NCBI GenBank assembly: GCA_964373695.1
Contig: CAYJVT010000024.1
Span: forward strand, 1-12,099
Length of the DNA: 12,099 nt
Source: an uncultured archaeon
GTDB taxonomy: Archaea > Aenigmatarchaeota > Aenigmatarchaeia > GW2011-AR5
Direction of reading: 5' to 3'
Shown piece after piece: positions 5,773-12,099 of this stretch. The translations under genes and the position numbers were made by a program. The notes beneath the pieces were generated by a model. It was given only the letters and a program-made list of their open reading frames with translations. It was not told the DNA's origin and searched no databases. Each line of letters begins with the position of its first letter. Positions within the stretch are counted from its first letter, which is position 1.

Positions 5773-6222
5773 TCAGGGGAACCTGAGCTCGGCCGGATTC
5801 TTCTTGCAGTTGCCGGAAAAAACCTGTATCTTCTGCGGCTTCGTCGTGTCCCCGGTGCTCGCTATGAAGAAAGTGACGCCTCCGGGCGCAAGCGGGTCAG
5901 TGGCGTTGTAGTCCTTTATGTTGTACTGCTTGTTCTTCGTGGCATCAGCATACTCGACAACGGCCGATATGTCGGTAAGGCTCAGCTGGTCTGCAAGGTT
6001 CTTCACTCTGACGCTTATTGTGGTGTTGCTGAAGGAGAGCGAGCCTATGTCGAGGACGCCTATGCACTCGGCTTCCGCCGAGGACTGCTCTATTTTCTGG
6101 CTCGAGAACTGGGTGGCCCACGTGGCCATTATTCCCGCTATCGCCATGGTGAATGCTATCAGGAGGACGGCTGCTATCAGGGGGGATATGCCTTTCTTTC
6201 CGTGGGACAAGAAGTACTTCAT
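5773..6222 (-). CDS. Archaeal type IV pilin, candidate major pilin, 149 aa
   Basis: KKG|ISPLIAAVLLIAFTMAIAGIMATW, the most consensus-like N-terminus of the four. GAGGAG SD lies 8 nt before the ATG. It has its own promoter and a long structured leader. Confidence 0.93.
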   Translation of the reverse strand: MKYFLSHGKKGISPLIAAVLLIAFTMAIAGIMATWATQFSSQKIEQSSAEAECIGVLDIGSLSFSNTTISVRVKNLADQLSLTDISAVVEYADATKNKQYNIKDYNATDPLAPGGVTFFIASTGDTTKPQKIQVFSGNCKKNPAELRFP

Positions 6223-6244
6223 CTAAATTGCTCCTCTAGTTCTT

Positions 6245-6299
6245 AAAGGAATCTTTGATTCCTTTGGAATCCAAGGAAATTTCATTCCCTGAAGATTCT
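6245..6299 (-). promoter_or_regulatory. Structured or repetitive 5' leader of the 149-aa pilin
   Basis: Perfect AAAGGAATC-ttt-GATTCCTTT inverted repeat (6245-6265), plus overlapping inverted repeats at 6259-6278 and 6274-6290, built from GGAA/TTCC units spaced about 9 nt apart. Confidence 0.6.
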
Positions 6300-6320
6300 G
6301 GTATTTAATCTATTAATGAA

Positions 6321-6341
6321 AGCCATATATATACTTTTTTC
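6321..6341 (-). promoter_or_regulatory. BRE+TATA promoter, copy 1 of an exact 21-bp repeat
   Basis: Minus strand GAAAAAAGTATATATATGGCT, identical to 6840-6860. Confidence 0.78.
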
Positions 6342-6355
6342 GGCTTTTTTCAGAA

Positions 6356-6808
6356 TCATGAGCAGCTGGGCGTTCCTGTGAATACATCGGACACGCCACC
6401 GCACGTGGTCGTCACCACAATTCTGGAGAAGTCCGTCGGGCATGATGGCACGCCGACACCGCTGAACGAGAGCTGTATAATCTCGCCCTTGGCCAGGTTT
6501 CCGAGAGTCGTAGTGGTGCTGTGGTTGTGGCCGGTCCTGTTTATGAGCTGGGCCGACGTCAGGGTAATGGCCTGGAATCCCTGGTTCCTTATCTGCGCCC
6601 TCGCCGTCCCGGAGGTGCCGTTGGTTATGTAAACAGATTCTACAGTGAGGTCCGCAGAAGAGCAGCTTATGGCCTCTGATGTCCTGTTGCTCACGGTGGT
6701 TGTGGTGTCCTTGGATAGCGTGTTTATCCATCCTCCTATTATGACCGACAGCGAAACCACTATCGCAAGGAGCAGTACCGACGCAACAAGCGGAGAAACG
6801 CCTTTCAA
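6356..6808 (-). CDS. Archaeal type IV pilin (class III signal peptide), about 150 aa
   Basis: (M)KG|VSPLVASVLLLAIVVSLSVIIGGW; 4 Cys. TTG at 6808 is preferred over GTG 6817 because GAGTGA, which contains that GTG, sits as an SD 5 nt upstream. Confidence 0.9.
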   Translation of the reverse strand: MKGVSPLVASVLLLAIVVSLSVIIGGWINTLSKDTTTTVSNRTSEAISCSSADLTVESVYITNGTSGTARAQIRNQGFQAITLTSAQLINRTGHNHSTTTTLGNLAKGEIIQLSFSGVGVPSCPTDFSRIVVTTTCGGVSDVFTGTPSCS

Positions 6809-6839
6809 TATTATCACTCTTGGTAATTTATTTGATTGG

Positions 6840-6860
6840 AGCCATATATATACTTTTTTC
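6840..6860 (-). promoter_or_regulatory. BRE+TATA promoter, copy 2 of an exact 21-bp repeat
   Basis: Minus strand GAAAAAAGTATATATATGGCT, almost abutting the stop codon (6862-6864) of the upstream gene. Confidence 0.78.
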
Positions 6861-6861
6861 C

Positions 6862-7575
6862 TTATCTTATGTTTCTCACGTCGGCAACGATGAAATCGGA
6901 CGACGAATAAAGCGTGTAGAAGACGTCGTAGACGCCCGATGTTGAATTAACGAACATGCGGACGGTGCAGAACGGCTTGTTTGAGCCCGTCTTCAGGAGC
7001 TCGGCGTAGCCCGAGCCCGACGAGCTCGTTGAATTGTCGTCTATGAGCACGCTGGAATTCACGAAGCTTACCGTGTTTCCGCCGGACTTCTCCTTAAGGG
7101 AGATGAAGCTCTCGTTCGTCCTTATGGATGCCAGCGGGCTTGTCCTTGCGGTTTTCCTGAAGACGGCCTTGATGTAGGGGTTTTCCATGACGAGCTCGTT
7201 AAGGCCGTCCCCGTTTTCATCTCTTTCGAAGCAGCTGCTCTGGGAGCCCGACACGAAGACTATGTTCTCCGAAAGGAGCGACGACTGGTATTGGACGAAC
7301 TCGGGGCTGGACTGCATTTCGCGTATTATGCTGTCCTCGGCGTCTGAGACCTCGTAGCTCCCGGATACCGAGAACGGGAACAGCCTTCTGGAGCCCGGGC
7401 CCTCCTTCTGCACCTCCCTTATCTGGTTGTCCAGCGACTTCAGGAAGGATTCCGCGTCGCTGAACTCCACGGCGAGCGATGCTGAGTCCACCGCCCCCTT
7501 TGTCTCGGTGAGCACTACGTATATGGAGGCAGTCACTATTATCACGATAGCAGCAAGGGAAAGCATCACGTTCAT
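6862..7575 (-). CDS. Pilin-like or pilus-associated protein with a single N-terminal hydrophobic helix, 237 aa
   Basis: MNVMLSLAAIVIIVTASIYVVL followed by an amphipathic helix (FSDAESFLKSLDNQIREVQKEGPGSRR) and a beta-rich domain. GGAGGG SD upstream; operonic position. No K-G class III motif. Confidence 0.72.
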   Translation of the reverse strand: MNVMLSLAAIVIIVTASIYVVLTETKGAVDSASLAVEFSDAESFLKSLDNQIREVQKEGPGSRRLFPFSVSGSYEVSDAEDSIIREMQSSPEFVQYQSSLLSENIVFVSGSQSSCFERDENGDGLNELVMENPYIKAVFRKTARTSPLASIRTNESFISLKEKSGGNTVSFVNSSVLIDDNSTSSSGSGYAELLKTGSNKPFCTVRMFVNSTSGVYDVFYTLYSSSDFIVADVRNIR

Positions 7576-8238
7576 TCAGGGCACCCTCCACGTCCTGTTA
7601 TAGATTTCTTTGCTCCTGAGCTTAATATCGCTTCCCTCGAGCGTCACGTCTGAGAGGAGCATCATGAAAAGGCTGGGATTCTGGACGGTGACGTTGAGCA
7701 GCTCCTTCATATCGGCGCTGCCCGTTGTGTAAGTGATGTTCAGCTCGACGGTGCCGTTTGAAGTGAAATTGAACTCGAATGTGGTGTTCTTCCTGTCCGT
7801 TATGATGAACTGCTGCGATGCCGGCGCGGAGTTGGTGCCGCTTACCGTCCCGTTGATGTTTTCAACGAGGAAGTTCCCTACCGTCACCGAGTACTTCCCT
7901 GTGCTTCCGTTGGCGTACGCCATTACGTAAAGCATCCTGGCGTCGCGGGTGTTCCTTATGAAGGAGGAGAAGTTGAACAGGTAGTCCTGAGCGCTCCTGT
8001 TGGCGTCGGGCTGCATTGTGGCTATGCCGGCCGCATATCCGTATTCCTTCATTACGTTCCGCAGCTGGAGGTCCTCAATCTTTATCTCCTGGGCCCGTTT
8101 CTCCTCAAAGACATCGTATATGTCGATTATGCTCCTGACGGTGAAGAATCCTATGAGTATGAATATCATCGCTATGAGGAACATCTGCCCCTTCCCGCCT
8201 TCTCCTTTGCGAATTTCCCTCGCTATTACTTCTTCCAT
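7576..8238 (-). CDS. Minor pilin-like protein with class III signal peptide, about 220 aa
   Basis: MEEVIAREIRKGEGGKG|QMFLIAMIFILIGFF. Start reassigned from 8355 to ATG 8238, a 13-nt overlap with the upstream gene. About 10 N-x-S/T sequons. Confidence 0.82.
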   Translation of the reverse strand: MEEVIAREIRKGEGGKGQMFLIAMIFILIGFFTVRSIIDIYDVFEEKRAQEIKIEDLQLRNVMKEYGYAAGIATMQPDANRSAQDYLFNFSSFIRNTRDARMLYVMAYANGSTGKYSVTVGNFLVENINGTVSGTNSAPASQQFIITDRKNTTFEFNFTSNGTVELNITYTTGSADMKELLNVTVQNPSLFMMLLSDVTLEGSDIKLRSKEIYNRTWRVP

Positions 8239-8612
8239 ATCCACAGCTTCACCCTTTTCTCCAGGTACTCGTCCCTGTACCCTGATATATAGTAGTCGAT
8301 GCTGAGCACGTCCTTTGACGCCGGGACATTGGCGTCGGAGCACGACATGCCGCATATCTCCGCCTCGAAATTCACCGTCGAGGACAGTATGCCGGCCAGC
8401 TCGGCCTCTATGAAGGACTCGTTGTTCTGGTTGACATAGCTCCTTATGTAGCCGGTGTCGTCGAGGTACTTGACGGCGCGGAACCCCTGCTCCTTGAGAG
8501 TGGCGAGCTCTGTCTGCGTCTTTTCCGGGATGCTCTTGAATACCATCGCGGCAGCCACTATGATTATGCCGACCGTTATCAGCACCTCGAGAGTGTACAC
8601 GAATCCCTTCAT
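8226..8612 (-). CDS. Minor pilin-like protein with class III signal peptide, about 128 aa
   Basis: MKG|FVYTLEVLITVGIIIVAAAMVF. AGGTGA SD lies 7 nt upstream of ATG 8612 (ATG 8645 is an alternative start). Confidence 0.85.
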   Translation of the reverse strand: MKGFVYTLEVLITVGIIIVAAAMVFKSIPEKTQTELATLKEQGFRAVKYLDDTGYIRSYVNQNNESFIEAELAGILSSTVNFEAEICGMSCSDANVPASKDVLSIDYYISGYRDEYLEKRVKLWIWKK

Positions 8613-8651
8613 GCTTGAATCACCTATCTGGAAATTTATTTTCATTTCAGG

Positions 8652-9467
8652 TCATCCCACCTGCACCGTCAGCCGGCCCTTCCGCACGAAGCCGGAAGAG
8701 TTCTGGTAGAGCCCGTATCTCTGCAGGGCCACTATGTTGCCCTTCCTGGGAAGCTCGGGACCGAAGGAAAGGAAGTTCACGCCGGTGTCGATGTCCAGTA
8801 TCCTTATGATGAAATCCTTTGAAACCTTGGTGGAGTTCCTCACCTGGCTGTAGTTTGCATTCATTATCTTCTGTATCTGCCTGAACTGCATGAGCTCGAG
8901 CCTTTCGGGGAAGAAAACCCTCTCGGTGAGGTTGTCTGTACCGGAGATGGACTGCGACCTTGATGTGAAGTTGCTGTCGTCGTCGAAGTATACCGTGAGG
9001 TACCTTACCTGGCTGGCGTTTACAGGAATGGCGAACGTTATGTTGGTCGTGCTTATCTGGTAGGCGATGCTGTTGTTGTTCTCGTCGTATATCACGGTAG
9101 AGTTTATGTCTATGCCTTGGAAGCCGATTTCCGAGTAGTTCAGCGTGACCAGCTCGCTTGCTACGGCCGTCGGGCTGGCGCTCTGGTTCCTCAGGAAGAG
9201 CTGGGTATTGTTCACCACGACAAGCATGGAGTATGCAGTAGTGGAAAACCCTATCCTCCTCAGCTCCTCCGCACTCGACCAGTTCGGCGGCTGGGCCGGG
9301 AAGGCGCCGGACGTCAGGAGGTCGACAGCCTCCGACCTTGCAAGCAGTATGTCGGAGTCGTCCCTCACGGAGGATACGTAGGTGGTCACTTGCTGCGTCA
9401 GGAAGACGACGACTATGAAGAAGAAGCCGAATGCCACGACATAGTCTATCTGGACGAATCCCTTCAT
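8652..9467 (-). CDS. Minor pilin-like protein with class III signal peptide, 271 aa
   Basis: MKG|FVQIDYVVAFGFFFIVVVFL. The larger C-terminal region includes NSTVIYDENNNSIAYQ and YLTVYFDD, and many sequons. Confidence 0.85.
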   Translation of the reverse strand: MKGFVQIDYVVAFGFFFIVVVFLTQQVTTYVSSVRDDSDILLARSEAVDLLTSGAFPAQPPNWSSAEELRRIGFSTTAYSMLVVVNNTQLFLRNQSASPTAVASELVTLNYSEIGFQGIDINSTVIYDENNNSIAYQISTTNITFAIPVNASQVRYLTVYFDDDSNFTSRSQSISGTDNLTERVFFPERLELMQFRQIQKIMNANYSQVRNSTKVSKDFIIRILDIDTGVNFLSFGPELPRKGNIVALQRYGLYQNSSGFVRKGRLTVQVG

Positions 9468-9470
9468 TTC

Positions 9471-9905
9471 TTACACGTTCCTCATTTCTATCGCTTTGGT
9501 TCCGTTGACGTACTGGAGGAGGGTGAACTTGGTTAGGCCGCCCGACGAGAGGCCTGTATAGGCGGCGTTGAAGCCTGACTCGCATGTGGTGTTGCGTCCT
9601 ATCTCGAAGAACGTCTCAACCTTGACGCTGGAATTGATGAACCCTACCCTGTACTTGACGCCTGCTATCTTTTCCGGCATCTTGACTGTTATGTCGCCGA
9701 GGGTGTCGTTGTAGCGCCCGGGAAGGTTGTCGGTGACGTATATCTTCGATATGGCGCCCTTCACGAGCAGGCACACGTGCTCTATCTCGTTCTCCACTAT
9801 GAAGTCCCTGTAGTCGCTCCTTATGTTGTTCGTGAAGCTTATGACGAAGAGTATCAGGAAGACCCCGAAAAGCACCGTTATCGTATGGCCTATAAGATTT
9901 GCCAT
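9471..9905 (-). CDS. Pilin-like protein with N-terminal hydrophobic helix, about 144 aa
   Basis: MANLIGHTITVLFGVFLILFVISF...VCLLVKGAISKIY...MPEKIAGVKYRVGF. GAGGTG SD lies 9 nt before ATG 9905; the track's GTG 9917 lies within that SD. The stop is 3 nt from the next start. Confidence 0.75.
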   Translation of the reverse strand: MANLIGHTITVLFGVFLILFVISFTNNIRSDYRDFIVENEIEHVCLLVKGAISKIYVTDNLPGRYNDTLGDITVKMPEKIAGVKYRVGFINSSVKVETFFEIGRNTTCESGFNAAYTGLSSGGLTKFTLLQYVNGTKAIEMRNV

Positions 9906-9945
9906 TTTTTTGAACACCTCATATATTTTAGTTTTGAAATCAATC

Positions 9946-9989
9946 TAAATGGAAACTCTGCAAAGCTCTTTGCATATTGTTTCCATTTA
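9946..9989. repeat. Long imperfect inverted repeat in the intergenic spacer
   Basis: TAAATGGAAAC-tc-TGCAAAG-ct-CTTTGCA-tatt-GTTTCCATTTA: 11-bp and 7-bp complementary arms. Confidence 0.75.
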
Positions 9990-9991
9990 AT

Positions 9992-11164
9992 TTATACCAC
10001 CTCTATGCTGATGTTGCCGAGCCCATCGGCATCCTTGCCGTTGTTCTTTATAAGCAGCTTGCCGGTTCCTTTCCAGCTCGGGCTTCCGGTGAGGTGGAGC
10101 GTCGTGTACTGCAATATCATGTATATCCTGAACGTGTCGGGCTTGAGCTCGGCGTAGTTATGGAAAGTCTTCGACGGTATGGCGCCGCCGCCTAGTTCCG
10201 GCGCACGGGATGTAATGGTGGCGTCGCTTCCTTTCGTATATGTTATTATGAACCTGTTATCCTTTGCCGACTGGATGAGCCCGAGCATGTTTTCGGACGC
10301 GGAATAGGCGCCGTTCTCCGTGCTTGTGAACGGCGACGAGCCCGAAAACACGGCAGCAAAGACCGTGCCCAGCGCCACGTCCGATGAGATGGCGTACCTC
10401 TGGGACCTCTTTATCGTGTCATCCAACTTGTCCCCGCCGATGTTGAACGCGAAGTTCATGGAGACCGAGCGCCCGAAATACGCGATGCTTCCCGTGTAGT
10501 AGAATTTTGTGAAATAGTCGGGGTTCCTGTTGTTTGCGGCGTCCTTGCACCTCACGTAGAAGCTGTAGGAGCCGAAGTCCGCCAGGCTCAGCGTGACGCT
10601 GTGCGTAGTCGAGTTCGTGTTCGCGAACGTCGCCATGCTGTCGAAGTCGGCCCCGCTGCCAGTTGCATACCTGCATTCTGCTGTTTCGGATGTGTTGACG
10701 CTGAACGTCACCGGCGAGGACGTGACGTTGGAGTTGTTGAGGGGTATCTCGCCGGACACGATAGGCACCACGGTGTCCAGGATGACGGCGCCGCTCTGGG
10801 TGTTGGAGCTCGTGTTTCCTAGGACGTCGGTTATGTTCACCCTTATGCTGAAGTTGTAGTTGTTCCGGGCGCCGGACAGCGTGCAGGTGTCATTTATGGT
10901 TATGTTGGTGCCGCCGCCAGTGAGGTTGGAGAATTTCGAACATACGACGATGCTTGTGTTGAATATCGTTATCGTGTAGTTGCTTGGGTTGCCCTCTGTA
11001 TAGTTGAACTTCACGCTTACCGTCTGGTTCTCCGAAGTGTACACTGGCAGGACCGTCGTGGGCCGGTCTATCACGACGACTGGCTGGGTGTTGTCGACTA
11101 TCAGTATGCCGGCGAGGGAGGCTGACGCAAGCGCTATCAGCGGAAGTATGAAGGCATGCTTCAT
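9992..11164 (-). CDS. Exported Ig-like/beta-sandwich surface protein, pilus-cluster associated, 390 aa
   Basis: N-terminal hydrophobic signal (MKHAFILPLIALASASLAGILIV). Beta-strand-rich Thr/Asn-rich modules with Cys pairs (VVCS..DTCT; AECRY..YVRCKDAANN). 15 N-x-S/T sequons counted. Confidence 0.8.
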   Translation of the reverse strand: MKHAFILPLIALASASLAGILIVDNTQPVVVIDRPTTVLPVYTSENQTVSVKFNYTEGNPSNYTITIFNTSIVVCSKFSNLTGGGTNITINDTCTLSGARNNYNFSIRVNITDVLGNTSSNTQSGAVILDTVVPIVSGEIPLNNSNVTSSPVTFSVNTSETAECRYATGSGADFDSMATFANTNSTTHSVTLSLADFGSYSFYVRCKDAANNRNPDYFTKFYYTGSIAYFGRSVSMNFAFNIGGDKLDDTIKRSQRYAISSDVALGTVFAAVFSGSSPFTSTENGAYSASENMLGLIQSAKDNRFIITYTKGSDATITSRAPELGGGAIPSKTFHNYAELKPDTFRIYMILQYTTLHLTGSPSWKGTGKLLIKNNGKDADGLGNISIEVV

Positions 11165-11193
11165 AGAAATCTATTACCGGTCGAATAAATAAA

Positions 11194-12024
11194 TCACTTC
11201 GCGTCCTTTATCCTCAGTATCTTGTCTGTCTTCATGAAGCTCTCCACGACGCACGTTATCATGCATTCCTTCTCCGGCAGCTTCTTTGAGGAGACGCCGA
11301 CAGCCTCGTAACCGGCGTCCCTTACGAAGTATGTGTGCTCGCCCCCTACAACGCCGTTGTAAGAAAGCTTGGCCCTCAGCTTTACTGTGGTGCCCGGACC
11401 CAGCTTGAGCGCGTCCGCAACGCTTGAATATCTCCCCGTATTCTCAGACGGTTTCTCGGCTTTTTTTTTCGGGAACGATATCCGGAGTCTGCCTCTTTTA
11501 TGGAGAATTCTTATCGCAAGCAGGATTAGCAGGACGGCCAGTAGGGCTGCCATGAAAGGCATCGTGCCGCCGTCAACCTGCATTGAAGGAAACGTTATGG
11601 GGGTATCGGACTGGCTCTGGGGCTCCTGCTGTTGGCGCGGCTCTGGAGTCACGTTTCTCGGAGTCGTGTCGAGTTTCTGCTCGAAACTTATCGTCTTGTC
11701 GTTGTTGTCTTCCGCCGTCTCGCCTATGGAGTTGTCGGGGTCGGCGGCCGACCTGAACTCATGCAGGCCGACGGACGGCGTGTAGTCCATGTAGACGGAG
11801 AATACGCTGTACCTGGGCAGGGGGTCCGTGTAAAGCTTTGAGCCTATCTCCCTCCCGTTGTCGTAAAATCTGACAAGTATGTCGTCCTCTGTGCCGTCCG
11901 GCGCCTGGTTGAATACGTTTGCAACAAGACGCCCTCCGGTGTACTGCAAGTCCAGTATCTGCAGGTCAACTGCATGAACGGCGGACGCCGCAAGCAGGAC
12001 GATGATTGCTGCCAGAATCTTCAT
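11194..12024 (-). CDS. Single-pass membrane protein: signal peptide, CARDB-like Ig domain, Pro/Gln linker, TM helix, cytoplasmic OB-fold-like domain, about 276 aa
   Basis: MKILAAIIVLLAASAVHA|V (Sec signal). HEFRSAADPDNSIGETAEDNN matches the CARDB C-terminal signature. TM PFMAALLAVLLILLAIRIL followed by a basic stop-transfer segment. ATG 12024 versus 12033 is judged from TATA spacing. Confidence 0.8.
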   Translation of the reverse strand: MKILAAIIVLLAASAVHAVDLQILDLQYTGGRLVANVFNQAPDGTEDDILVRFYDNGREIGSKLYTDPLPRYSVFSVYMDYTPSVGLHEFRSAADPDNSIGETAEDNNDKTISFEQKLDTTPRNVTPEPRQQQEPQSQSDTPITFPSMQVDGGTMPFMAALLAVLLILLAIRILHKRGRLRISFPKKKAEKPSENTGRYSSVADALKLGPGTTVKLRAKLSYNGVVGGEHTYFVRDAGYEAVGVSSKKLPEKECMITCVVESFMKTDKILRIKDAK

Positions 12025-12042
12025 GGTATACATTTGTTTCCG

Positions 12043-12060
12043 GCCATATATAGAATTATC
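12043..12060 (-). promoter_or_regulatory. TATA-like promoter at the head of the pilin cluster
   Basis: Minus strand GATAATTCTATATATGGC, sharing the TATATATGGC core with the two pilin promoters, about 20-28 nt before ATG 12024. Confidence 0.6.
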
Positions 12061-12099
12061 TGGGATGGGAGAGTGAAAGATAAAGCCGGTTCATCCTTA

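Noticed and set aside
5734-6246. 170-aa plus-strand ORF and 5918-6226 ORF
   Set aside because: Antisense to a well-supported pilin; long antisense ORFs are expected with this codon bias.
4746-6817. Archaellin (flagellin) or archaellum operon interpretation
   Set aside because: The N-termini are of the G|ISPLIA pilin type rather than the archaellin GIGTLIVFIAMVLVAAVAA type, and no arlF/G/H/I/J genes are present.
4746-6817. Diversity-generating retroelement or silent-cassette recombination among pilin genes
   Set aside because: No reverse transcriptase, no near-identical TR/VR pair, and the pilin coding sequences are too diverged at nucleotide level. Only the promoters are identical.
8239-8355. 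39-aa N-terminal extension of the 259-aa ORF
   Set aside because: Overlaps the upstream gene in another frame. ATG 8238 gives a normal class III prepilin.
8647-9585. 312-aa minus-strand ORF overlapping the 271-aa pilin-like gene
   Set aside because: Alternative-frame shadow ORF: Arg/His/Pro-rich with no motifs, and fully overlapping a gene with a clear class III signal peptide.
1-12099. CRISPR array, tRNA or rRNA genes, integrase or transposase ORFs
   Set aside because: No regularly spaced direct repeats, cloverleaf/T-loop signatures, rRNA-like sequence or recombinase motifs were seen.

Overview
Archaeal chromosomal window. Gene content and promoter style suggest a DPANN lineage, most similar in character to Aenigmarchaeota (inference, not a database result). 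The right two-thirds (4746-12024, minus strand) is an 11-gene type IV pilin/surface cluster: a CARDB membrane protein, a heavily N-glycosylatable Ig-like protein, five minor pilin-like proteins and four tandem archaeal pilins with K-G|(I/L/V)SPL class III signal peptides. No assembly ATPase, TadC platform protein or prepilin peptidase is present in the window. Immediately downstream is a 620-aa exported mosaic protein (Trp/Cys-rich domain, dockerin-like Ca-binding pair, HEXXH zincin domain), with sharp GC changes inside the gene. The left third holds an archaeal SRP RNA gene missed by the ORF track, a site-2 (M50) membrane protease, a single-OB-fold SSB and a HerA/FtsK-like ATPase. The most notable oddities are: the SRP RNA appears to lack helix 6; a 21-bp promoter is exactly duplicated in front of two pilin genes; one pilin leader can adopt alternative folds; the M50 protease has an HExxxH motif; the ATPase probably starts at ATT; and there is a lone IS200/IS605-like end hairpin.
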